Source: Longimicrobiales bacterium (GTDB taxonomy: Bacteria; Gemmatimonadota; Gemmatimonadetes; Longimicrobiales; Gaopeijiaceae). Taken from it: 64,000 nucleotides of DNA. Below the pieces are notes generated by a model that saw only the letters and a list, made by a program, of their open reading frames with translations, searched no databases and was not told the DNA's origin. Both the position numbers and the translations under genes were made by a program. Positions 1-8,654 of this stretch are shown in pieces. How positions within the stretch are numbered: position 1 is the stretch's first letter; the number at the start of each line of letters is the position of its first letter. The DNA is taken from the NCBI GenBank assembly GCA_965226375.1, contig CBDDCX010000008.1, positions 64,001 to 128,000 on the forward strand, in the 5' to 3' direction.

Positions 1-7
1 ACGCATG

Positions 8-160
8 TCCGATAACGGGCTCACGCGCTCCCGGCGCGGAGTGAGCGCTAGCGAACGCAGTGCCCCGAAGGGACGGGCCCGTTGGTCTTCACGATAGTGT
101 CCCAACAGCTACCGCGCGAAGGCGCGCCGAAGGGCCCAGCGGGAGAGCGGCGTTATCGGA
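8..160 (-). repeat. attC-like imperfect inverted repeat downstream of the SDR gene
   Basis: TCCGATAACG (8-17) is the exact reverse complement of CGTTATCGGA (151-160). Further imperfect arm pairing (GCTCACGCGCT vs AGCGGGAGAGC) and internal GAA-loop mini-hairpins. AAC...GTT core arrangement. Confidence 0.5.
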
Positions 161-198
161 TGCCACGCGTCAGTCGACACCGAATCGACAGGACTCGA

Positions 199-960
199 TC
201 AGCGCATCCCGCGGTGCTGAGCACCGTCGATCGAAAGGCATTCGCCAGCAACCCATGCCGCCCGGGGGGAGATGAGGAAGACGGCGACGTGGGCGACCTC
301 TTCCGGAGTGCCAAGACGGCCCCAGGGGATCGACGCACGGACGGATTCGTAGACCTCCGGCTGCTGCTCCTTGATCGTGGACCAGATGCCGCCGGGGAAG
401 TCGATCGACCCAGGTGCGATCGCGTTCACGCGGATTCCTCGCGGAGCGTGCATCACGGCGAGTTTCTTGGCATGCGCGATCAGTGCCGCCTTGGCGGCCG
501 TATATCCATAGTCCGGGGCGGGATCTGCTTCGAGCCCCGAGGTGGACGAGACAAAGAGGATTGATCCGCCTCCGGCTTCTTCCATCCATGGCATGACGTG
601 CTCTGCGGCGTGGACGGCGGCCATCAAGTCTACCTGGAGACTCGCTTCCCAATCCGACATGTCCGGCCCAACCGCGAGCACGGACGCGTTATGCACAAGC
701 ACATCGACACTACCCAGGTCGCTCCGCGCAGCGTCGAGGAAGGCTACGAGTGCGAGGGGATCAGCGACATCGCAGGAGTGTGCGTACGCTCTGACACCCC
801 TCGACGAGATCTCCGATTCCGCAGCTCGAAGAGGCTCCTCGTTCCTGGCGCAGATCGCTACGTTCGCCTCTTCCGCGGCGAGCCCGAGGGCGATTGAGCG
901 ACCAATGCCACGACTCCCGCCGATCACAACGCAGTTCCGGTTCTGCAGTCCGAGGTCCAA
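199..960 (-). CDS. SDR family NAD(P)-dependent oxidoreductase
   Basis: GGSRGIG Rossmann motif, YTAAK catalytic motif, RVNAIAPG. TTG start at 960 with GGGAGG RBS; the ORF-track extension to 1161 looks spurious. Confidence 0.9.
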   Translation of the reverse strand: MDLGLQNRNCVVIGGSRGIGRSIALGLAAEEANVAICARNEEPLRAAESEISSRGVRAYAHSCDVADPLALVAFLDAARSDLGSVDVLVHNASVLAVGPDMSDWEASLQVDLMAAVHAAEHVMPWMEEAGGGSILFVSSTSGLEADPAPDYGYTAAKAALIAHAKKLAVMHAPRGIRVNAIAPGSIDFPGGIWSTIKEQQPEVYESVRASIPWGRLGTPEEVAHVAVFLISPRAAWVAGECLSIDGAQHRGMR

Positions 961-1022
961 GCCGATGCCTCCCTTCAAAATCGAACACAGGGCGACCGTG
1001 TCCAATATCGTGATCGAAAGTG

Positions 1023-1036
1023 ATGTCCGATAACGG
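1023..1036 (-). repeat. 14-bp direct repeat of positions 5-18 (ATGTCCGATAACGG); candidate cassette core (GTT) site upstream of the SDR
   Basis: Exact identity of 5-18 and 1023-1036. Confidence 0.6.
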
Positions 1037-1152
1037 CCCCACTCCCGACACCCATGTTCGCCAAGCAGGCACTCAGCACCCGTATCGCGACGTATGTCGC
1101 TGTATGGCCTTATGTACGACGGGGGGCACAAATCCGGGAGGGGCGCGCTCAC

Positions 1153-1158
1153 ATTATA
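1153..1158 (-). promoter_or_regulatory. Candidate sigma70 -10 box (TATAAT) facing the SDR gene
   Basis: Perfect TATAAT on the minus strand in GC-rich intergenic DNA; no clear -35. Confidence 0.3.
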
Positions 1159-1183
1159 CACACCTGAAGCGATCCGCCACTCC

Positions 1184-2179
1184 TTACCCCCTCACCTCCA
1201 CCACCTCACCACCTCTCCGGGCCGACTCGTACAGCGCCGCGATGACCCTCATGTTGAGTGCCGCCTCGTCGGCGGCGTAACGCAGGGGACGGTCGTTCAG
1301 GGCGCAGTCGGCGAAGTGCTCCACCATGAGGCGGTACTCATCGTCGCCCGCCACCGTGTGCTCGATCATTTCCCCACGGCCTCGACTCTCCTCGATGACC
1401 ACGTCGGCGGTGCCGGGAAGAAACGCCGCAGGCACGGTGAGGTGGCCGTCCGTTCCGGCCACGACACAGGATTCCCGTCGTTCCATGGTCAGTGCGCAGT
1501 CGAACTGCGCGAGCAGGCCGTCTTCGAAACGAAGCGTCCCCGCCATCTGCTCGTCGACGCCACTCGCGGACTGGTGGGCCACGGCCTGCACCTCCACCGG
1601 CTCGGCTCCGGCGATCGTCCGGCTGACGTTGACGCAGTAGCAGCCCACGTCCATCAACGAGCCTCCACCCAGATCGGGATCGAGGCGGATGTGGTCGGGG
1701 TTCTTGAGGCGGAATGTGAAGGCGCTCGTGATCACCTTGAGGTCACCCACGGCGCCGGCCCGCACCATCTCGACGACCCTCTGGATCCGGGGATGGAAAC
1801 GGTACATGAAGGCCTCCATGAGCTTCACACCGTTGGCGTCGGCGGCCGCCCGCATCTCTCCGCACTCGGCTTCGTTCAGCGCCAGCGGCTTTTCACAGAG
1901 GACGTGCTTGCCCTTTTCGGCGGCCCGAACGGTCCACTCCCGGTGCATGCTGTTCGGAAGCGGAATGTAGACGGCGTCCAGCGAGTCGTCGTCCAGCAGG
2001 GCCTCGTAGCTTCCGTAGTGCGCGGGAATATCCCACTTCTCGGCGAACTCGCGGGCTCGCTCCCCGTCGCGACTCGCCACGGCCATGAGTTCGCCGTTGT
2101 TCGAAGCTTGGATGGCCGGGTTCACGGCGGCCCGCCCGATGTTCGACGTGCTGATGACACCCCAGCGGAGCTTGGTCAC
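1184..2179 (-). CDS. Gfo/Idh/MocA family oxidoreductase
   Basis: KLRWGVISTSNIG start, HVLCEKP and MEAFMYRFHP motifs. GTG start overlaps the upstream TGA (GTGA). Confidence 0.92.
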   Translation of the reverse strand: MTKLRWGVISTSNIGRAAVNPAIQASNNGELMAVASRDGERAREFAEKWDIPAHYGSYEALLDDDSLDAVYIPLPNSMHREWTVRAAEKGKHVLCEKPLALNEAECGEMRAAADANGVKLMEAFMYRFHPRIQRVVEMVRAGAVGDLKVITSAFTFRLKNPDHIRLDPDLGGGSLMDVGCYCVNVSRTIAGAEPVEVQAVAHQSASGVDEQMAGTLRFEDGLLAQFDCALTMERRESCVVAGTDGHLTVPAAFLPGTADVVIEESRGRGEMIEHTVAGDDEYRLMVEHFADCALNDRPLRYAADEAALNMRVIAALYESARRGGEVVEVRG

Positions 2180-3036
2180 TGCGTTCTCCCTGTCGGGTCC
2201 AGAGCGTCCTGGAGCCCGTCTCCGATAAAGTTGACCGAAAGCACGATCAGCAGGATCGCCAGTCCGGGAAATATGGTGAGCCATGGCTTGGTTGCCATGG
2301 TGGCCTGGGCGTCCATGAGCATGTTGCCCCAGGTGGGGATCGGCGGCTGGACGCCGAGGCCGAGGAAGCTCAGGGACGACTCGAGGATGATCGCGTTTCC
2401 CACGGCGAGCGTGGCCCCCACCACGATCGGGCCGATGGCGTTGGGCATGATGTGCCGCATGATGATCCTCGGGTTCGCCACCCCCAGGCTGCGGGCGGCT
2501 TCCACGTACGCCATCTCCTTGATGGAGAGCACGTCGCCACGGACCACGCGCGCAGTGGCCATCCAGCTGAGCAGGCCGATGATGAGTGCCATGGACATGG
2601 CTGCCGCTTGTGTGTAGGAGCTCAAGACGATCAGCAGCGGCAACGTCGGGATCGAGTAGACTACGTCGGTCAGCCGCATCAGGAGGTTGTCCGTCCTGCC
2701 TCCGTAGAAACCCGCCAGGGCCCCCACCAGCGCCCCCATGCCGGTGCCGATAATCGCCGCCATGAGTCCGATGAGGATGGACCCCCGGCCGCCATACAGG
2801 ATTCTGGTGAAGAGGTCGCGACCCAAGTCGTCGGTACCCATCCAGTGCTCCGCCGAAGGCGCCGCACGGATGCTCCCCAAATCAATGCCGTCGAACTCGT
2901 AAGGGACCAGCAGCGGAGCGGCCACGCACGCAGCCGTGATGACACCCACCACGCCGCAGGAGGCGATCGCCAGCCTGTGCCGCTTCAGACGTCGCCACAC
3001 CAGACCCCGAGGGGTTCGCACGCCGATCTCGGTCAT
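2176..3036 (-). CDS. Peptide/nickel ABC transporter permease (DppC/OppC-like)
   Basis: HWMGTDDLGRD, YVEAARSLG (EAA loop), NFIGDGLQDALDP. Confidence 0.93.
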   Translation of the reverse strand: MTEIGVRTPRGLVWRRLKRHRLAIASCGVVGVITAACVAAPLLVPYEFDGIDLGSIRAAPSAEHWMGTDDLGRDLFTRILYGGRGSILIGLMAAIIGTGMGALVGALAGFYGGRTDNLLMRLTDVVYSIPTLPLLIVLSSYTQAAAMSMALIIGLLSWMATARVVRGDVLSIKEMAYVEAARSLGVANPRIIMRHIMPNAIGPIVVGATLAVGNAIILESSLSFLGLGVQPPIPTWGNMLMDAQATMATKPWLTIFPGLAILLIVLSVNFIGDGLQDALDPTGRTQ

Positions 3037-3986
3037 TCGTATCGGATCCGCGGATCCAGGAAACCGTAGAGGACGTCCGCCACGAGGTTGAAGGCGATCA
3101 CCATGACCGAGCCCATCATCATGATGCCCATGAGCAGCGGATAGTCACGCGAGAACATGGCCTGAACGAATATTCGGCCGATGCCCGGCCACGCGAATAT
3201 CGTCTCGGTGATCACCGCTCCCGAGAACATGTCGGCGAGGCCCAGGGCCATGACCGAGAGCACGGGGATGAGGGCGTTGCGAACGCCGTGGACTCCCACC
3301 ACTGCTCGCTCGGGTAATCCCTTCGCGCGGGCGGTCCGGATGAAGTCGGCCCGGAGGACTCCCAGCAGGCTGGCACGGAGGTAGCGAGACCACCCCGGGA
3401 TGTTCCGGAACGACAGCACCACAGCCGGCAGAATCAGGTGCCTGAGATGGTCGCCCAGAGAGGTATCACCCACGGTCTCCGTGCCGGCCACGGGCAGCCA
3501 CCCGAGCTTCACCGAAAAGACCAGCTGGAGGATCAGGGCGAACCAGAAGACGGGCATCGCGATACCGATGAAGGACACGCCCGTGCTGAAGTAGTCGAAC
3601 AAGCTGTACTGCTTCACGGCGCTGAAGATGCCGAGCCCGATGGCGATGATCGCCGCCAGTAAGAACGACGAGGCCATGAGCTCAAGCGTCGCGGGCAGCC
3701 GCTCCAGGATCATCTCCGATACGGGCCGGGTGGTGGAGAAGCTGACTCCCAGATCACCAGCCATCGCGGCGGACATCCACCGTACATATTGGATATGGAT
3801 CGGCTGATCGACGCCCAGTCGTGCCCGGTACGCCTCGATCACCTCCGGATCGATGAAGCGGCCCGTCTCGAGCAGGCTGCCCTCGGGACCACCGGGTGCC
3901 AGTTGGATGACGGTGAACAGGATAAGCGAGATCCCGAGCACCAGGGGGATCATCTGGAGCGGACGCCGGCCGATATAGGTCAGCAT
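3033..3986 (-). CDS. Peptide/nickel ABC transporter permease (DppB/OppB-like)
   Basis: ERLPATLEL, FIRTARAKGL, ETIFAWPGIG, LDPRIRY. Confidence 0.93.
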   Translation of the reverse strand: MLTYIGRRPLQMIPLVLGISLILFTVIQLAPGGPEGSLLETGRFIDPEVIEAYRARLGVDQPIHIQYVRWMSAAMAGDLGVSFSTTRPVSEMILERLPATLELMASSFLLAAIIAIGLGIFSAVKQYSLFDYFSTGVSFIGIAMPVFWFALILQLVFSVKLGWLPVAGTETVGDTSLGDHLRHLILPAVVLSFRNIPGWSRYLRASLLGVLRADFIRTARAKGLPERAVVGVHGVRNALIPVLSVMALGLADMFSGAVITETIFAWPGIGRIFVQAMFSRDYPLLMGIMMMGSVMVIAFNLVADVLYGFLDPRIRYE

Positions 3987-4060
3987 GGCTCGGGTATACC
4001 CCTTGGGTGGTTCACCTTGGCCCCTCGGCCACCTCGCCACTCTCGGCAGTCATCGCCCAC

Positions 4061-5698
4061 CTAGTTATTCCCAAGTGTCCACTCATAGAGGTTCCAGAAG
4101 CTGCCGAAGTTGGTGCCGCTACCCTTGTAGTTTCCGACCTGCGTGCTCAGGACTTCCGGGACCACGTTGTAGTAGATGGGCACGAAGCGGTCCGACGCGG
4201 CCAGGAGCGCCTGGGCCCGGTCGAGCGCCTGTTTCCGCTCCGCGAAGTCCAGCGATTGGTCGGACCGCTTCAGCGCTTCGTCCACCTCGGGATCGCAGAA
4301 GGCAGTGAAGTTGTTGGACCCATCGCAGGCGTAGAGGCCGGTCAGGCTGGGGTCGGCGGGAAGAAACCACGCGCTGACGAGCCCTTCCCATCCGCTGTCG
4401 CGCCATGCCTGGGTCCAGGCTGCGGCCTCCAGCGTCTCGAATACGACTTCGATCCCTACGTCCTTGAGTTGGGCCTGAATGACCTGGGCGATCGCGATGC
4501 GGTCGGCGCTGCCCGCGCGATTGATGATCGAGAACGAGAAACGGAGGCCGTCTTTGACCCGTATGCGGTCCCGTCCCGGAGCCCATCCGGCCCCGTCCAA
4601 CAGCCTCCTGGATCGATCGGGGTCGTATTCCCTTCCGCTGACGGAGGCGTTGTGGAACGGGCTCGTCGGGTTGAGCGGCGTGGTGGCGACGGTGACCGTG
4701 CCCTGCATTAACTGTTCGGCGATCGCTTGGCGGTCTATAGCGTGAGCCATGGCCGTTCGCACCGCGATGTCGCTGAAGAGCGCTCGGCTCCGATCCGTGT
4801 TCAAGGACACGTCAAAATGCATGAACCCGTTCGTGCTGACGAGATGGACGTCGTAGCCCTCGAGGTCGGCGATCTCGGCGACCTGCACAGGCTCGACCTG
4901 ACCGTAGTGGTATTGCCCCGCCTTGAGCGCGTTGAGGCGAGTGTTCGAGTCCGGAATGAACGCCCACACGACCTCATCGATGCGGGGATAGTCCGACCCC
5001 CTCCAGTAGTCGTCGTTACGGACGGCCCGGATGTACTCGCCGGCTCGCCACTCGACGAACTTGAAGGGTCCGGTGCCCACCAACTCGTCCCCGCGGTTGT
5101 AGGGCACGTAATTGATGATTTGCTCTGTCGTCATGTGCCCCAGGACGTGTTCGGGGAGAACAGCCTCGAAGAGGCCCGCGTAATATCCGCGCACGCCCTC
5201 CCACCGAAAGACCACCGTGTGGTCGTCGGGCATGAGGCAATCGAGGATCGCCAGGTACAGGTCGCGGTTGTACACGGCAGACCCCTCGCTCGAAACGAAC
5301 CGCCGGGTGAAGCATACGTCCTCGCTGGTGAACGGCTCACCGTCGTGCCAGCGTACGCCTTCCTGCAGGTCCCAGGTCATGTCGATGGTACCGTCGTCAT
5401 TCCGGACGACGAGCCCGTTCTCTTCAGTAGGGATCTCCTTGGCCAGGACCGGGATGTACTGGTTGTTCTCGTCCGTGGTAACGAGACCCTCGACCATGCT
5501 GAAGTGAACGTCCAGCAGCATCTGGCTGGTCAGTGCGTTCAGGACATCGATCTCGCGGTTGTAGGCGATGCGCAGGATCTTGCGGCCACCGCCGTCGATG
5601 TCCGGTGAGCCCGGGGCTCTCGGTCCTCCGGAGTCGCAGCCACCGACGAGCAACGCGAGGAGTAGGACACAGCCGTCTTTCCTGTCCGCGAGGGTCAC
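4061..5698 (-). CDS. Peptide ABC transporter substrate-binding lipoprotein (family 5)
   Basis: Lipobox-like LVGGC, VRWHDGEPFTSEDV, GTGPFKF, AIDRQAI. Confidence 0.92.
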   Translation of the reverse strand: MTLADRKDGCVLLLALLVGGCDSGGPRAPGSPDIDGGGRKILRIAYNREIDVLNALTSQMLLDVHFSMVEGLVTTDENNQYIPVLAKEIPTEENGLVVRNDDGTIDMTWDLQEGVRWHDGEPFTSEDVCFTRRFVSSEGSAVYNRDLYLAILDCLMPDDHTVVFRWEGVRGYYAGLFEAVLPEHVLGHMTTEQIINYVPYNRGDELVGTGPFKFVEWRAGEYIRAVRNDDYWRGSDYPRIDEVVWAFIPDSNTRLNALKAGQYHYGQVEPVQVAEIADLEGYDVHLVSTNGFMHFDVSLNTDRSRALFSDIAVRTAMAHAIDRQAIAEQLMQGTVTVATTPLNPTSPFHNASVSGREYDPDRSRRLLDGAGWAPGRDRIRVKDGLRFSFSIINRAGSADRIAIAQVIQAQLKDVGIEVVFETLEAAAWTQAWRDSGWEGLVSAWFLPADPSLTGLYACDGSNNFTAFCDPEVDEALKRSDQSLDFAERKQALDRAQALLAASDRFVPIYYNVVPEVLSTQVGNYKGSGTNFGSFWNLYEWTLGNN

Positions 5699-7392
5699 GA
5701 TCCGGCGCGTCGTAGGAGCCGGCCGGGCCTCGCGTTGCCCAGCACACCGTCGTCGATCACCGGGACTCCGTTCACAAGCACATAATCCATCCCTTCGGCA
5801 TACTGCATGGGGTCACCGAAGTCGGCTCGGTCCCTCACGTTCGCGGGATCGAAGATCAGGAGGTCGGCGGCCATGCCGGGGGCGATCAGCCCCCGATCAT
5901 GGAGCCCGAGGCGGTGCGCAGAAAGCGAGGTCATGCGCCGTACGGCGTCCTCCAGGGTCAACACCCCGTCCTCCCGGACATACTTTCTGATCACCCGAGG
6001 AAACGCCCCGAAAGCCCGTGGGTGCGAACTCGCGCTCGTGGCCGGGTTCACTGGGGAGGCATCGGTATCGATCATCACCCACTCGGCTCGGAGCGCCTGC
6101 CACTTCTGCTCCTCGTTCATGCTCCTGGGGTTCACGCTCACCCCGCCGGCCTTCACGAGATCGAAGAAGGCGCTCCACTCATCCGTGCCCAGCACTTCCG
6201 CTGCTCCGGCTACCGACCGACCGATGACGTTCTGGTCGATCGACTCGGGAGCGGACACGATGAGAACGTTGTCCCAGTCCATGCCGACATGTCGGTACCA
6301 ATTCTCCCAGTCGGCCGTGGATTCCACCTCGCCGCGCAGGGTCCGCCGAAGCTCGGCGTCGTCGAGTGTCGCCAGGAAGGCCCCGGTGCCCTCGGCGTAG
6401 TGTCTGGGATGGAGGAATGATCCCAGGCCGATGCCATTTCGGATGTACGGGTAGATGTCGGCGGTCACGTCCATCCCTGCCGTGCGGGCCGAGTCGATCA
6501 GCGCGATGGCCTCTGCCATGAGTGGCCAATTTTCTTGGCCGGCGGCCTTCAGGTGATAGATGTGGACTGGGACCTCTGCGCCTTCACCGATCTCGAGGGC
6601 CTCGCGGATCGCCTCCAGGACCGCGTGACTCTCGTTACGCATGTGTGTGAAGTAGACGCCGCCGTACTCGCCCGCGACCCGGGCCAACTCGATGAGCTCG
6701 TCCGTGTCGGCGTACACCGCTGGGGGATAGATCAGCGACGTCGAGACCCCCACGGCGCCGTCCTCCATGGCTTGCCGCACCAACGCCTTCATCTCCTCGA
6801 TGTCAGCGAGGTCGGGCCGGACGTCCCCGTCGCCCAGCACCACCCGACGCACCTGGGTCAGGCCCACGTCGTGAACCACGTTTATGGGGATGCCGAAGCG
6901 CTCGATGATCGCGAAGTATTCCGCGTACGTCTGCCAGCGGAGTACCTCGCCGTTCACCACGGGTGGGTTCGAGAGGGTGGCTTCGCTCTGTGGCGCGGGT
7001 GAGCCGCCTTCGCCGGAAAGGTAGGTGGTAATGCCCTGGCGCAGCTTGCTCTCTGCGCTCGGGGGATTGGTCACCAGCACCTGGCTGGACTGGCCCATCA
7101 TGTCTATGAAGCCGGGGCTGACCACCCGGTCGGCGGCGTCGATGGTCCGGAGGGCCTCGTGGCTGTCCAGGTGTCCCACCTCTACGATCATGTCCCCTCG
7201 GTTGCCCACGTCTCCACGGAACCACGGGTTGCCCGCACCGTCGACGATGCGTGCGTCCAGGATCAGAATGTCGAGGGGCTCTTCGGCCTCCGGGGTCTCG
7301 CCGCCGGGGGTGCATGCGGAGAGCGATGCGATGAGCAGCAGTGCGGCGGCGGACGGGGTGAACCGGATCGCCGAGGTTGAATCGAGCACCAT
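5695..7392 (-). CDS. N-acyl-D-amino-acid deacylase (D-aminoacylase) family lipoprotein
   Basis: IVDGAGNPWFRGDV, HPRAFGAFPR, LTLEDAVRRMTS, ADLLIFDP. Lipobox LSAC; ATG 7392 with GGAGGG RBS. Confidence 0.88.
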   Translation of the reverse strand: MVLDSTSAIRFTPSAAALLLIASLSACTPGGETPEAEEPLDILILDARIVDGAGNPWFRGDVGNRGDMIVEVGHLDSHEALRTIDAADRVVSPGFIDMMGQSSQVLVTNPPSAESKLRQGITTYLSGEGGSPAPQSEATLSNPPVVNGEVLRWQTYAEYFAIIERFGIPINVVHDVGLTQVRRVVLGDGDVRPDLADIEEMKALVRQAMEDGAVGVSTSLIYPPAVYADTDELIELARVAGEYGGVYFTHMRNESHAVLEAIREALEIGEGAEVPVHIYHLKAAGQENWPLMAEAIALIDSARTAGMDVTADIYPYIRNGIGLGSFLHPRHYAEGTGAFLATLDDAELRRTLRGEVESTADWENWYRHVGMDWDNVLIVSAPESIDQNVIGRSVAGAAEVLGTDEWSAFFDLVKAGGVSVNPRSMNEEQKWQALRAEWVMIDTDASPVNPATSASSHPRAFGAFPRVIRKYVREDGVLTLEDAVRRMTSLSAHRLGLHDRGLIAPGMAADLLIFDPANVRDRADFGDPMQYAEGMDYVLVNGVPVIDDGVLGNARPGRLLRRAGS

Positions 7393-7408
7393 GGGTCCCT
7401 CCGAGTCG

Positions 7409-7990
7409 CTAACCTGAGGCCTGTTTCCGCTCCCGAATATGGCGTCTGAACCGGAAGGCGTTTTCCGGGAGCTCGAGGTCCATCCCATATTCGTCGGGGC
7501 CGACGGCGAGGACCTTGGCTACGATCACGCTCAGGTCCTCGCGCTCGAACGCCTCGAGGACGGCTTCGCCGAACTGTAGTGGCGTCTCGGCGGTGGCCAC
7601 GTGCTCCACGCCCGCTCCTCGGGCGATCTGGGCCAAGTCGGTGATGCCCGCGGTGGTCTGGGAGTCGAAGCCGCCGGTCGAGAGCAGGCTTCCGTTGTCG
7701 AAGATGATGTGGATCAGGTTCTTCGGTCGGTAGCGGGCCAGGGTCGTCAGCGTGCCCAGGTTCATGAGAACCGAGCCGTCGCCGTCCAACACGACCACTC
7801 GGTCCCGCGGCAGGTGCATGGCCAGCCCCAGGCCGATGGACGACGCCAGTCCCATGGCGTGCTGCAGATAGAAGAAATTCTCCCGGTGGCCCAGGTTGTA
7901 GAGCTCCTGGGCGCAGGCGCCCATGATGGTCACGGCCAGCTTATCTTCGAGCTCGGGGTAGATGACCTCTATGCACTGCGCGCGTTCCAT
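7409..7990 (-). CDS. ThDP-dependent decarboxylase beta subunit (sulfopyruvate/phosphonopyruvate decarboxylase, ComE-like)
   Basis: MGLASSIGLGLA and the GDGSVLMN...FDN ThDP-binding motif. Confidence 0.8.
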   Translation of the reverse strand: MERAQCIEVIYPELEDKLAVTIMGACAQELYNLGHRENFFYLQHAMGLASSIGLGLAMHLPRDRVVVLDGDGSVLMNLGTLTTLARYRPKNLIHIIFDNGSLLSTGGFDSQTTAGITDLAQIARGAGVEHVATAETPLQFGEAVLEAFEREDLSVIVAKVLAVGPDEYGMDLELPENAFRFRRHIRERKQASG

Positions 7991-7992
7991 GC

Positions 7993-8502
7993 TCAGTCCT
8001 CCATCAGATCGCGCGTGAGGAGCAGCGCGACCGGTGACAGGGAGCTCTGTGAGAACGTGTAGGCCTCCTGGATCTGCTTGCCGACCCGGTCGGGATCGCG
8101 GGCGTACTCGAACGGGATGCCTAGCGCGCGGAGCACCTCCTCGGTCACGATTCCGCCACGCGTGTGCCACGGATAGGGCTCACCCCAGTGGCCCCGAAGC
8201 GCGATGAGCATGCACAGGGGGATCCCGTAGAGCTGAGCCAGGGACACCACCCCGTTGATTGCCGCGAGGAAGCCGTGGTTCTGCATGAGGAGCACGTGGG
8301 GGTCTCCGGCAAAATAGGCGCCGGCGGCGATCCCGATGGCCTCTTCCTCCTTCGCCACTTGGATCAGTTCGACGTCTGGGTCGTCCTCCGCGCGTTGGAG
8401 CAGTAGGCCGAGCCAGGTCTCCGGGAGCGCGGATATCGACTTGATCCCGGCACTCTTGATGCCTTCGAAAATGATTTTCGAGTTTTCGTATGAGACGGGC
8501 AT
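7993..8502 (-). CDS. ThDP-dependent decarboxylase alpha subunit (ComD-like)
   Basis: AKEEEAIGIAAGAY, LLMQNHG; ~170 aa and adjacent to the beta subunit. Confidence 0.8.
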   Translation of the reverse strand: MPVSYENSKIIFEGIKSAGIKSISALPETWLGLLLQRAEDDPDVELIQVAKEEEAIGIAAGAYFAGDPHVLLMQNHGFLAAINGVVSLAQLYGIPLCMLIALRGHWGEPYPWHTRGGIVTEEVLRALGIPFEYARDPDRVGKQIQEAYTFSQSSLSPVALLLTRDLMED

Positions 8503-8654
8503 CAAGCCGCCGGGTCGCGCGTCGATCGGGTGTCGGAACAATCTTGGCGAGCCGTGGTCCGAGGACCAGGGGGAGCGACCTTCCGAGGCGCCCGATCGGC
8601 CATGGAGAGGAGTCCCTCCCGCCACATGCTTGTTGCCCCTGAGGACGAATCATC

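Noticed and set aside
1094..2617. 507-aa plus-strand ORF
   Set aside because: Antisense shadow of the oxidoreductase and permease genes with no motifs; typical of high-GC DNA.
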